A DNA stretch of 64,000 bases from the NCBI RefSeq assembly GCF_009834535.1, contig NC_045697.1, positions 106,084,001 to 106,148,000 on the forward strand, in the 5' to 3' direction. The notes under the pieces are model-generated. The model was not told the origin of the DNA, searched no databases, and saw nothing but the letters and a program-made list of their open reading frames with translations. Of the stretch, positions 12,346 through 24,760 are shown piece after piece. The number at the start of each line of letters is the position of its first letter. Position 1 is the stretch's first letter. Source of the stretch: Camelus ferus. Its lineage: Eukaryota. The position numbers were made by a program, and so were the translations under genes.

Positions 12346-15300
12346 GCTGGGATGAGCATTTGTCTCAGGAAGCAACCTCTTGACATGATATTCTAGAATG
12401 CAGTCATTCCATCCATCAGAAGGCAATTAAGGACACCACTGCTGGCTGTGAGACAGTTGTAACTCCTGTTCTTGCTGTGGCACTGCAGTTACTCAGGCTC
12501 TCCTGTATGGTGAAGTGGGATGGATACGGAGAGAAGGAGATGTGCTGGCTTATGCAAAAACCTCTGACTTTAAAGGATATGCAGCCTATGGCAATTATTA
12601 GAATTTTAAGGTAGGTTGACTGTTTCTAACTGCAATATATTGAGACTCCAGCCCCTACAAGTTTCCCAGGCTAGAGTGGAGTTCTTGATAGAATTCTCAA
12701 CATCAGAATATTTGTATGAATATGTTTGAGAAGCATGAACCTGCAGATTCCCCTGAAATCACTAAGCTAGCAGAAAAGAACTCCCTCCCTTTGACTACAG
12801 TCTCCTTTTATTAGAGACCATATAAATGTCTCATCTGATGGACAGGCCTCCTAAGACAATGGCTGCCCCCTGAAAATCCACCTACTTCCCCTCTGTGCTC
12901 CTGGACCACTAGAGTTAAGGCTCAGCATAACCACATGGGGGAAAATATTCCTGCTACTGAAGGAAAAGGATTATCACCAAAATAGCTTTGGGTTCTAGCC
13001 AGAATGCCACTGGAAAGAACCAGAAGAACATGCCTAAGACATTGTGAGTGCTGGCCCAGTCGGTACAGAATAAAAGGCTGAATAAGGGAGAGCTCACCTA
13101 TGTGGGATATTCTCATGACTTAAGATTTAATGTCCAAGCAAGGTCACATATAGCCAGTTCTAACAGGCAAATGGGTTGATTGTTTCAAGCACAGAACAAA
13201 TGATGGTCATTGAGGTGAAGTTATGAGAACTTTCCTGCCAGAATATTGAGAGAGGAGTCAAAAGGCTCAGGGAGGAGGGAATGCTAGAGTGGATTTAGCC
13301 CATAAGACAGCGATGACTGTCTTCTGTAGGAGGCCGAGGGATATTCCCTTTATGTAAATGATAAGGATTGGGCTAGCGAGGGGTACTGATGTCACTGAGA
13401 AATTCAGTGGTGGCTGTCCTTTGTAGGCAGTGTTAGTGACAGTTAAGTAACTGGTCCCCATGGTGTCAATGAGGATGATAGGATTCTGTTCTGGGACAGT
13501 GGAGGCCAAGTGATAGCATTTAATCATTGGAGGCAAAGTGGACATCATTACCGTAATGGGCAGGCGATATCTGTAGTTACCGCAAACAGACCCCGGTGTT
13601 TTGAGAGGTGAGATAGGTCTCTAACAAAGGTGTGGCTGAACCTAGGTACCCAAAAATATTAAGAGCAGGTGAGCAAAGGCTGTTGCCAACCAACAGAATA
13701 GAAAACTGTGATTCTTTGCCATGTTACCAGACATGAATCAACCATTGGCTGAAGGGGAGGCCAGGTCTCCTAGAGGAGTGGTCCTGCAATGCCAGAATAA
13801 ATATACACAGTATCTATTCCCCAGTCCTCCGCCAAAGAGACATTCAACCATTTACCAGAGGAACTGTGGTATGTGTTTCAAGGGTTGTTGGAGAAAGGGT
13901 ATGAATTGACACTGATAGCTAGAGGGCCCCAAAGCCCCTCGTGATTCTATGTCGGAAGCCTGGTGGTAAGCAGACCCCACGAGCGCTCACTGGTCGTTTG
14001 CCTGGTCTGCGAGTGTGCAACCAGGGTGGACGTGATCTACAGCTTGTGGAATCCTCACATTGTTGCCTAATCTCAAAACTAAGAGCCATAGTGTGAAGTA
14101 GAAAAAGCCAAGTAAAAGCCCTGAAACAGCCCCAGGCCCAGCCAAAATCGTAAATCAGAAGTAAAAACCTATCCTCAGTGGAATGTCAGAGATCAGTGCC
14201 TCCATAAAATATTTTAAATAATGCAGAAGTAGTGGTCCTGTCATATCGCCATTGAATTCACTGGTGTGGTGCCTTGAAAAACCCGATGGGTCATGGCAGA
14301 TAGCTGACTACTGCAAACTTAACTAGATAGTAGTAATAACTGTAGTTGCCATGCAAGATGTGATATATATTTACTGGAACATCTCAACACAGCCTCTGGA
14401 AATATGTGACTACTGATCTGGTAAATGCATTTTTTAAATACCCATCATGAAGGAGATTCTGAAGCAATCTGCATTCAGCCCAGATGGACAGCAGTATACA
14501 TTCCTGGTTTTGCCTCAGGGTTGAGATAAAGAACAAGGTGTTGCATCCTTGTATCTCCTACAACTCAGAAAGAGGCCTAGTACTTACTAACTTGCTATGG
14601 ATCTTGGAGACAGTACATGCAACACTTGGGAATGTTCCCCTGATCCATTTATCAAGTGATTTGGAAGCCTGATAATCTATGTCAAGCTCAGAGCAAAAGA
14701 AGGTTCTGCAGCAGATACAGACTGAAATACAAATGATCTTTCTGCTTAGCCAATGACATGGAAAAGTCCATGTTAGTAGAGGAAGCATCCATGGTGGATA
14801 AGGATGTTACATGGATTTTCTAGTAAGTTCGGCTAGCAAAACCACAATGCACTTCCCCAGATTTCTGGAGCAAAGCCATATTGTCTATACAGAAGAGCTA
14901 TTCAATCTTCAAAAAGTGACCTCACTATGCTATTATGCTTCAGGAGAGCCCTATGTAATTAGATTTTCTATCATGAGGTGGGTATTACCAGACCTACCAA
15001 GTCATCATAAGGTTGATGAGCACAGCAGTAATCCATCATACAACAGAAATGGAACATTTGGAGTTGGATTTAAGCAAGACGGAAGGCAAAATCAGTTATG
15101 TGAACAGGCAGTCCATACTATTAAGTCGCCTACCCTTGGTGCACCTAACTCTCAGCTCACATCTATGGCTCTGTTGAAGAGTCTCTATGACTAGTTGATG
15201 GAAGGGAAGAGGGAAAAATCCCCTTCGTTTCACAGATGCATTGGCTTGATATACCTGTGGGAATCGAAGTTGGACAACAAATGCATCATGGCCGTCTAGC

Positions 15301-15490
15301 CCTGCTCCGTGGTGGTCCCGAGTAACAGCGGTGAGAGGCAGTACTCCAGTCAGGATGGATGCACTTACACAGAATTGAATGATTTGAGTGTTTCATGGTC
15401 AGAGGGACTGTCAGGAGAAAGATTGGAAAATCAGAGACAACAAAGTCTAAGGAAGAAAAATGTGGAGGGACCAGTGGGAACGCACTCAGA
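12346..15490 (+). mobile_element. ERV-L internal region (ERV3-16A3-like), decayed gag/pol
   Basis: 14140-14520 translates with stops/frameshifts to the ERVL RT N-terminus: SPLNSLVWCLEKPDGSWQ..DYCKLN..LLEHLNTASG..DLVNAFF..DGQQYTFLVLPQG; connection/RNaseH-like remnants follow. Confidence 0.85.
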
Positions 15491-18209
15491 GGCTGCAGTT
15501 CTCTGTGGGTTTTTTTTTTTTTTTTCTTCCTTCTCTAAATTGTAGGGGTTCTGAGGCAGCAAGGATTGGACATGGCTAGAGCTCGCCTGTGGCCCTGACT
15601 CATAAAGACTGGAAGCTGGCCTGGAGGCATTCAGTAAAGGGAATCAGGGACAATGTGGGCCACTGCACTCTGACCACAGCGACATCCAGTAACGACATGG
15701 AATAATACGCTAAAATTATACTTACTCTTTTTACTCTAAATCTGAGTGAATGGCTTACATATTATGGTCTCATTTAATTTCCCTGTGGGATTTAAGTAAA
15801 GATCATGGACCACCTGTGCAATGAATGGAAGGAGAGAGGTGAGGCAAGTGTCCATCACAGCCCAATCCATCAGGCCAGAGTGTGGGTGGGGTGAACCACT
15901 GGGCTGGCCCCTGCAGAGGACCCGTGGTCACACTGGGGCAGCAGGGCAAGGGGTGGAGGTCTATGCAGGGGGCCAGAGAACTGGAAAAATGGGGGTTCTT
16001 TTTGGAGCACATGTGGGACAACACACTAAGAAATTGTGTGAGACAAAGGCTGGGCAACTTGAGAAGGCAAAATTCTGCCACAGGTAAAGGGAGGCTTAAG
16101 AGCATCATTTTTTCGATATTTGTAGAAATCTAACTACTTTGTAGTCACTGGCCACTGAGGTCAGGGCCATTTGCATTTTTAAATTAAAAGGAAGTATACA
16201 AAATGTGGGAGTTACAATGAAGAGAAAAAAAGTATTCAACTTGCATCAGAAAAAAGTTAATTTTAGATATTTTGAGAAAATTATTGACTATAACTCACGA
16301 TTTATCAAAGACTTAGAATAGTTCACTATAAAGATTTTTTGGAGGCAATAGAGAATTAGGGTTATATCTATAGTCAAAAATAGGCTAATTGGTATTTTCA
16401 TTGGTGTTACAGCTGCCTTATTTAAATATGTGAGCACAGATTTCAATACATTACTCACACATATAAACTCTGCTCACATACATGTAAATTTTTACAGAAT
16501 GTGTTTAATGATAATATATAATAAACATATTCATTTCCACACTGATGAAAAATCATATTAGATTTTCAGCTTAGACAAAATAAGAACCTATCATTGATAT
16601 AAATCACATACTTTAAAATTTTGAATATGCCAGTTGAAAGATTAACTTGGCATATAGATACAAATCAGCTTTCACAGATAGATGAAAGATGACACGAGAT
16701 GTTTTTATATTTTAGTACAGAGACACATACAAGAAATAAAAAAGTTATCCACTATTGTGAATACTCTTTTTGAAAAATTGAAATCACTTATTGAAATAAA
16801 ATATCAAAAAACTGAATTACATTTTACTTTACTGGTAAGTTTAAACATTTGAAATATCAGAAAGATTTTCCTAAGCAAAATGGTATATATGTTGTGCTAC
16901 ATATACACATATGCATACACATGTACATACACACAAGAGTGCATATACAATATTGACACATATGCTATTCAAGGTAATAACTAATTCTTGTACGTTTTTC
17001 TTGGACAGACTTTATTGAAGTGATGCTGATGAAAATGGCTATAACATACTATTAAATCACTGGTTAGGCTAAACACCTTTTCTTTGGTGTGTGCCCAATT
17101 ATAGGATCTCTAGAACTTGAGAGTCTACAAATTCTAATTTCACACATTAGAAAATTTCTAATACACACATTAGGAAATTTATCAGTTGCATCAATTATCT
17201 CACAAAAGATGTTAATATTATCCATATTAATTAGGAACAATTTTGTACACACAAATAAAGCATTTATGGTTTTTTTGAGCACCAACTCTGAAGAGTATCA
17301 GGAAATCACAAAAATTCAGGGAGTTTTCTACAAGCAGTTACAATTGACAAGATGTGTGGTAAATCTAATTTTGGAATAGAAAGAATAAAGAAATTCTGAC
17401 TATCTCATGAAGTTGTAAGCATACAAATGTCTTGAGTTCTTACGTAAAAGAGCCTCAGGAGGTCTGTTTGTGAGAGGAGAACCAGGAATTGTTAACGATG
17501 TTATTATTACATATTATAACATCATACTTTAACAGAAATGGACCTGAAAAGTTGGATATGCTCACATGTGAAACAGGTAAACATCCTCCATTATTATTAT
17601 TAAATATTTTTCCACTTGATACATATTTTATTTAGCATATTTGGAAAAATAATACTATGTGGTATTTAGTTTCAAAATAATGCAAAACACTTTACCACAT
17701 GTTACATGTTAAATCTGGAGGCAATAGGTAATGAATACATACTTTTCACAAAGGTAAGTTGGGAAAACAACTTTAAATTTAAAAATTTCCATGCAGTTTC
17801 CATGGGTTAGTGCATAGTATGCATATCTTCATGAAAGAATCAAGTTAGTAATATATTTTGAGATCAACATACAACCTAATTTCAATAAAAGTTTCATGAT
17901 TTTCATATGTCTACAAAACCAAATGTGAAATCTGTGCATACAGGACTCTTTGGAACCATACCAAAGTTAATTACACTGACATCATATACTGATATTGGAA
18001 AAATACCAAAACTCTATACAACTCTAAGATGTTATTTTTATGTAACCATATAATTATAATAATCTGAAGAGTTGCTGGAAGTCCTTAGCTCACTTCTGCA
18101 TGAAAATGTCCTTTTTAGTGTTCTTGTTTTTGAAATTTCCATTATACATTTATAGATTTTTAATAAAAATCATAATCTCTGTATTCTACTCAGAGATCAT
18201 GATCAACAA

Positions 18210-18497
18210 GTATACATTAAGTTCTTCTCCATATTTCTTAATCAGGTTATTTGGGGTTTATTTTTGTTATTGAGTTGCCTGTATCCTGTACATATTTTGA
18301 ATATTAAGCCCTTATCTAATAATAAGCCATAGAGATCTAATGTACAATAGAATGAATATAGACAATAAAATTGTACTATAATTATGTAAGGCAACAAATA
18401 TCACTACCTTGGCAATCATATCAAAATATACAAATATATCAAAGTAACGTGCTGTACCTTAAACTTACACAATGTTACATGCCAAAGTTATTCAATA
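18210..18497. mobile_element. Short L1 with 5' inversion (antisense ORF2 piece 18210-18317 plus sense 3' UTR 18318-18497)
   Basis: TTAATCAGGTTATTTGG...ATTGAGTTG...TATTTTGAATATTAAGCCCTTATC is antisense L1 ORF2; AATAAGCCATAGAGATCTAATGTACA...CCTTAAACTTACACAATGTTACATG is a sense L1MA/MB-type 3' end. Confidence 0.7.
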
Positions 18498-18549
18498 GTA
18501 ACTACTATATGAATTCATTTGGGATGTATTATAAAACATTTAAAGTAGT

Positions 18550-18705
18550 AGGCATTTTAGAGACCAACTGATTTAAACCTAATATTTTACAAATCAACTG
18601 ATCTAAACTCAAATTTTACATTAAGAGAAACTGAAGCCCAGAAAGGTTAAACAATTTGCCCCCAAACACTCCATTAATTAATGACAGACCTGAGACTGGA
18701 ACCCA
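18550..18705 (-). mobile_element. MIR SINE
   Basis: Antisense MIR core AGAAACTGAAGCCCAGAAAGGTTAAACAATTTGCCC...GACTGGAACCCAG. Confidence 0.75.
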
Positions 18706-18929
18706 GTGGACATTACATGTCTGTTCATCTACCTCCCAACCCATCCACCCGTACATATCCCCCCAAAACTAGTGCTATTTTGTATTTTATTGTTATTTAT
18801 ATGGTATTTTAAAAAGTTATTTCAGTATGTATCTCTCTTATTTTCACAAAATCCCAAACCTCCTGTTATATTGTCCCTCACAGGGCAGCACAATGCTCAT
18901 TAATACGTCTGTTAGAATCTGATGCCTTG

Positions 18930-19597
18930 GACCACTCCATGTCACTGTTGGGGCCTCTCACCCGAGTGCCATGGTGGCCTCCTGACTTGTCTTGCTGCCT
19001 CTGCCCTTGGATCCCTGTGGTCCAGTGTCTGCTCTGTACCCACAGTGATGCTCTTGAACTGTGAGTCAGGTTATGCCACTCTTCTGCTCAGTATCCTTTA
19101 ATGGCTCCCATTTCACTAGGGGTAAAGGGTCAGATTCTCCCAACACACACTTCTCCAGCCCCCTCACTTACTGTCTCTTCCACTCCAGCCCTGTAGGCTT
19201 CCTCACTGTACCCACCTGTGCCAGCATACTTCTGCCTTCAGGTCTTGGAACTACCTGTTCCCTCCACCCAGAATGCTCTCACTCAGCTGTCTGCAGAAAT
19301 ATCTCACCTTTTAAAAGCATGCTGAATGTCACCTTCCAAATGAGGTGTCTCTGATCACACAGGTGAGTACTGTCCTCCCACCAAAATTCACTTCAGGTTT
19401 GTCTATAGCATGTATTATTTTTTGAGTCCTCTAAAGTTCACTTTATTGGTGTATTTTTTTAATTGACTGTCTCCTTCTACCATAATGTAAGCTCCACAAC
19501 AATAGCAACATTGTCTTTTGCTCTCTTGCAAATTCCAGGTGCCTAGAACTGTGGACAACATGTAGCAGATTCTTAATAAACATTTGTCAAACTGAAG
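18930..19597 (+). mobile_element. L2a 3' fragment
   Basis: CTTCTGCTCAGTATCCTTTAATGGCTCCCATTTCACT, AATGTAAGCTCCAC, CAGGTGCCTAGAAC...TAATAAACATTTGTC. Confidence 0.85.
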
Positions 19598-20604
19598 TTA
19601 ATTGACCACTCTTTTCAATAAAAGATTACTCAGTTCATTACAACATCTTAAGTTTTCAAAACATCTCAAATCTTTGTATTTATATTAATTACTATGACAA
19701 AGCTAAAGTAGTAATTTCAGATTGGGCAAAGTAGCTATAGAAAAATAAGAAATCAGGTAGACTATGCAGATTTTATATTTTATATAATTCTGAAGTTTAC
19801 ATTTTCAGTGTGTAGGCTTTTCCTGAATGCAAGTTAATCATCATTGAAAGATACAGCAATACTTTCAGATGACTAAGGAGCTATTTAAAATCCAACAAAA
19901 AATGGTAGTTTACAAAATATTCAGCAATCTGCCTTAATCTATCATGTTTGTACCTTAAAAATCAGATAAGCCCCTTTTTGTTTTATCAGTAATTCTTACT
20001 GTGTCCTTATCTAAAAACCTCATTCATAAGATTTGACTTCTTCTTGCCACTTAAAGTCAAATGGAAACAGATTTAACCAAATACAAACTGAAACATATAT
20101 ATGGTGATGATAATGTCATTTCATTCTAGTTGAATTTTCTTTAGTCCAACTATAAATGCATTTTTTTCTTTTATATTTCACTATGATGCCTTCTGGTAAT
20201 TTAGCTCTTTCCGTGGGGAAAAAATTACATTAGAAAATATTTATTGAGTAAAAAGCATTGCTTAGAGAATTCTCCCAATGGCTTTATGTCCTCTCAGCAA
20301 GAGTTAATCGTAAGATGAAATTTTTCAAACATTTTCTTTTTTATAAAAATAAAATTTGCTAATTGAAGCAGAGAATCTGTTGAGCTTTTGTTTTCCCCAG
20401 TAGAGAAGCTGAAAATGCATGAGTTAATATACTGTGACTATGGAGCTTAGATACTATTAACAAGGGGAAAAATGAATATGATTCTAGGCCACCATCCATT
20501 TTTAGCAACTGTATTTCTAGCTATTATTTTCCCTATTGAAAAGGTACATTAGGATTCGATGTGCTTGGCATGGTGTACAGAATGCTAATACTTTCTAATT
20601 ATAG

Positions 20605-20697
20605 ACTGTCTTCTAAAGATCAGGTAGACTGCTACAAACAACTGTCCAACTCACTGCACCTGCAGGGAAGCACTATGAACTCAATATTGCTGAGAAG
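20605..20697 (+). other. Candidate exon (93 nt) of an unidentified, probably non-coding transcript
   Basis: GCTAATACTTTCTAATTATAG acceptor and perfect AAG|GTAAGT donor in unique sequence; no recognisable protein. Confidence 0.25.
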
Positions 20698-20926
20698 GTA
20701 AGTGGCCAGTGGAAGATACCACTGCAACATGGCAGATTTTTTCTTAGCTTTGATTCTCTTTTCTGTATATTCCTCTGACTGAACTTTTTCAGCTATCTTT
20801 CTCTCAAATTTCTTCAGATTGAGGTTTAAAGACTATTTGAAAATTTGAAGTATTAGAATAGTAGACTATATCTCCTTGAATGTAAAAATCTTCATGGATA
20901 TTCACAAGAAGCAAGAGTAAGGAATT

Positions 20927-21068
20927 GGAGGGGTGTATAGCTCAAGTGGTAGAGCGCATGCTCAGCATACAGGAGGTCTCGGGTTCAATCCCCAGCATCT
21001 CCTCCAAAAAATAAAGAAACAAATAAACCTAATTACCCCCCCCAAAAGATTATTCTCAAAAAAAATAA
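20927..21068 (+). mobile_element. tRNA-derived SINE (camelid Vic-1-like) with TSD
   Basis: GGAGGGGTGTATAGCTCAAGTGGTAGAGCGCATGCTCAGCATACAGGAGGTCTCGGGTTCAATCCCCAGC (A and B boxes), A-rich tail with CCTAATTACCCCC; TSD AAGAGTAAGGAATT (20913-20926) / AAGAGTAAAGAAGT (21069-21082). Confidence 0.9.
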
Positions 21069-21129
21069 AAGAGTAAAGAAGTAAAATCAGATTAGATGAA
21101 GCTGTGGATGGGCAAATGACTATGGTAGG

Positions 21130-21345
21130 AAGGCAATGTGCATAGTGGAATAAGCAAAGGCTTTGGGGGCTAGCCCAACCTCAATTCAAATCCTGCCCTG
21201 GGTACTTTAAGCTACTAGTTGCCTTATTTCTTATAATATGATAATAATGTCCTGACCCATAGGATTTTTGTGAGGAATAATGAGATATCATAAAGCTTCC
21301 AGTGCAATCTTTGCACTTGGTAAATTCTCAATGAATAGTAGCAAT
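21130..21345 (+). mobile_element. MIR SINE
   Basis: AGGCAATGTGCATAGTGGAATAAGCAAAGGCTTTGG...TTCAAATCCTGCCCTG...CATAGGATTTTTGTGAGGAATAATGAGAT. Confidence 0.75.
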
Positions 21346-22547
21346 TATGTGAACTATTTTGTTGTGCTTACATAGGTTATTCTTTTAGATGCCTAGATCA
21401 TCCTAAAATCAATAATCTGGTAAGACAAGAACATTTAATTGCATGAAGTAAACTTACGATGGTACTGATAGAGGTTTTTCTTGGTTAATAAAATAGGGAG
21501 GTCTATGTTTAAATTTTTGCTACAAAAAGATTCAAGTAAGGTTTTGCAAGATGTTGCAAGTGCTTTATGGCTATGGTGCCTCATAACTTTTAGCCTAAAG
21601 GTAAATCTAGACTGGCACTGCCAAAGGAAACGAAGCAGATTGGCTTACAAGAGACTTCATGAGGAGACATTCATTACCCCTGATTCTTCATGGTGCAAGG
21701 ATGACCATCTAATTTTCATGCTCATATGTACGTTTCTTATGGCTAAAATGTTTGAGAGGCACAATTATTGAAATGTATTATGGTACGTAGTAGCTTTTTT
21801 TTTTTCCTTGAAAATTTGTTTTTACAAGATTGCAGAAAAAGTAGACTGACTCTAATGTTATATAATGTATGTAACTGATTGTCCTTTGACAGTTCAACAC
21901 AGTTCTGGGTGAACTCTGAAAGATTGGACATAGCCCCTCCTCATCGCCAAACTGTGTGTGGCAGAAGCATTTCATCCATCTCTCAAGAACAGAATCATAT
22001 CAACCAGTTCATGTATAAAATTGAAATACCAATTCATTAATTTACAGTGAATAATCTCTGCAATGAAACAGAAGTGTTCAAATCCTTGAAAGGAGATCTA
22101 CATGCAAGCCAAATGCAAATTAGACATTTTCTTGGAAAGCAGAAGTTGGACTAAGAGTAGTTTAGAGGAAATAGATAAGTGGAAATACACTGTTTCGATC
22201 CAGTCTTTAACAATACGCTTCCTTGACTACGTATCTCCCTCGTATTGCCCCTTGGCTCTGCTCTCTATCCACAACAAACTTTTCAGAGGAGTCTTCTGCA
22301 ATCTCTGTCTCTGCTCTCTCTCTCCCCATCCTTCCACTCTTCCTTGAACTGATTCCATCTAGGCCTCCATGTTGCCAAATCCAGTGGTCAGTTCTCAGTC
22401 CACACTAACGTGACCTTTCAGCAGCGTGAAGCTGTGTAAAACATCGGTGATGACTTCCTCCTCCTTGAAGCGTTCCTTCACTTGTTCTCTAGCTATAATG
22501 CATCCGGTACCATATTCCCTTAGTTTTCCACACTGGCTCTTAAGGAT

Positions 22548-23700
22548 TTTTAAAACTTTTATTTTGAAATAACTTTATCCTTAAAGAAAAGTTGCAGTAA
22601 CAGTACAAGGAACCTCCATATACCCTTCACCAAGATTCACCAACTGCTAGCATTTTGCCACAATTTATCATTTTTTGTCTTAGCCATTAATTTTTCCCCC
22701 TGAATTTGCAGTAGATTAGAGTCCTTCTTTACTTCTCTGTGTGTTTCTTCAGAAGAAGGACATCACGTAACATAACTATAGTACAATAATCAAAATCAGA
22801 AAATGTAACATCAATACAATACTATCATGTCTTTTACATTATAAGAATTAATAAAATTTGGCCAATTGTTCTAGTAATATCCTTTACAGTAAATTTCTTT
22901 TTTCTAGTCTGGTATCCAATCCAGGATCATGACTGTATTTACCAACTATGTCACTTTTTTTTTAATTGAGTTATAGTCAGTTTACAATGCTGTGTCAATT
23001 TCTGGTGTACAGTACAATTTTTCAGTCATACATGAATAAACCAACTACGTCACTTTTAATTGGAGTTTCTCAATGTCTTCCATGACATTGACTTTTGGAA
23101 GAATACTGTACAGTTATTTTGTAGACTGAATCTTCCTTGTGAATAGGTTTAGGTTTGCATGTTTGGTTGGAACACCACATAAAATTGACTCTGTGTCCTC
23201 TTCAGTGCATCCCATCAGGAGGAACACAGTGTTGGATTGTCCTCTTATTGGTAACATTATCTCTGATCATTTGGTTAGAGGGATGTCCTCCAAGTTTCTC
23301 GTAAAGTTACTACCTTTCCACTTACAATTAATATGTAGCTAATGAGGAGACTTTGAGGCTCTGAACATATTTTGCTTCTCATTAACTTTCAACCTCTAAT
23401 CTAATCATCTGCTGATGATTCTTGCCTTAATCAGTTCTTATGATCATGGTTGCAAAATAGTGACTTTGTAGCTTCAGCTATATTTGTTAGCATTCTACTT
23501 ACTGTAAGGCAAAGTTTCCTCTTATCCCCACTTATTTGGGGAATCATTTTTTCATATTAGTATGAAGTCATGGATTCATATTGTATTCAATACTTTGATT
23601 CAATGGGTTTATTCAATCCATTGCTTTCATAATTTATTTGATGCTCAGATTGTTTCATTTTTTTAGTCTTTTCACCCAGGTCTTTTTCTACTTTTTCTAA
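22548..23700 (-). mobile_element. L1MC-type 3' end
   Basis: Antisense 3' UTR: TTTTATTTTGAAATAACTTTA...GAAAAGTTGCAGTAACAGTACAAGGAACCTCCATATACCCTTCACCAAGATTCACC. Confidence 0.8.
22955..23039 (-). mobile_element. Young, extremely 5'-truncated L1 3' end (about 85 bp) with TSD
   Basis: Poly(T) then AATTGAGTTATAGTCAGTTTACAATGCTGTGTCAATTTCTGGTGTACAG; TSD ACCAACTATGTCACTTTT (22941-22958) / ACCAACTACGTCACTTTT (23040-23057). Confidence 0.85.
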
Positions 23701-24389
23701 TTTCTTGGTCTGTGAACACTGGAATAATCTAGGGCTTGTCTGCAATTCTGGTTTCTTTTCTATGCACTCATTCTGGGTAATCTCATCCAATCCAATAGTT
23801 TAACTATCATTTTTATACTGCAGACTGTAAATTTATCTTTATCTCAACTTTTCCCCATGAACTCTAGGTTTGCATTTCCAACAGCTGGTTTTACCCTCTA
23901 AAGTCTACGAGGCATCTTGCATTTAAACTACTGTCTATACTTGTGTACCCCTTCAGAATATCCCATCTCAATTAAATAATTCTTTTGGCTGGTGATCAAG
24001 CAAAAATTCTTGAGTCCTCTCTTTTTCTCACACCCCACACCTAATGTGTCAGTGAGTCCTGTAGCCTCCAACTTCATAAATTATCCAGTGTCCCGCTGCT
24101 TCCCATCACTTTTACTGTGACTCTCCATCCACCTTAGTGAATACTTTTGGTGCTAAGTAGCAAGTGCCGATGGACCTTCACTAGGAATAACTGAAGCATT
24201 TTACATTCTAAGCCAAGCAATGTGTATAATATATATATATATATGCCTCAAACCTACCCATAATTCTGGGCAGGTGTAATTTTTACTTACTTCTGCTCTT
24301 GCTTGTGATGAATTGATTCTCATCTCCCATATACTGAGGTTGAGAAACCTTGATCTGGGGCAACCATGATTAACTCAGAAAGCCCAGAT

Positions 24390-24760
24390 GTTAATGATAG
24401 ACAGGATTTGAAGTCCAAACTCTTTTATTTACTAGCCTCCCTAAATATCAATTATAGATCCACAAAATGGGCATAATAATATGTAGCTCACATAGAGTAT
24501 TGTGAGGTTTAAATGAGATGTTACAGAAATAGCACCCACCCTCCGGGTAGATGGTGGAGTTCACTGCTGTTCCAATGGGCTCTAAATGAGGCTTAGGATT
24601 AAAGGATTAAAGGACATTGAGCCTTTGGGTCTCACCATTCCTTCTGGATTTTCTTTTTGTTTGCTTTTCATGAAACTCTCAATATCCTTAGAACACTGCT
24701 TGACACATGACAAACGCTTCATACATACTGGCCGTTGCTATTATTGGCATTGTTGTATTT
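24390..24760 (+). mobile_element. MIR SINE interrupted by an insertion of about 150 bp
   Basis: AAAATGGGCATAATAATATGTAGCTCACATAGAGTATTGTGAGGTTTAAATGAGAT, then tail CTTAGAACACTGCTTGACACAT resumes near 24687. Confidence 0.65.

Larger units (their letters stand above)
22200..24130 (+). mobile_element. L2 fragment split by the L1MC insertion (22200-22540 and 23740-24130)
   Basis: CCATGTTGCCAAATCCAGTGGTCAGTTCTCAGTCC...CTCCTTGAAGCGTTCCTTCACTTG on the left; CTGGGTAATCTCATCCAATCC...ATTTCCAACAGC on the right, colinear with L2. Confidence 0.75.

Noticed and set aside
14811..15194. 127-aa ORF as a domesticated ERV gene
   Set aside because: A mixed-frame remnant of ERVL pol surrounded by stops and frameshifts; no intact domain
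17440..17580. Exon-like signals on both strands (plus 17536-17576; minus with GTAAGA donor)
   Set aside because: The minus candidate has stops in all three frames and the plus acceptor is weak; consistent with chance in AT-rich DNA
20927..21003. tRNA gene (also at 43429)
   Set aside because: The acceptor stem pairs poorly, there is an A-rich tail, a TSD and a second family member; these are SINEs, not tRNA genes
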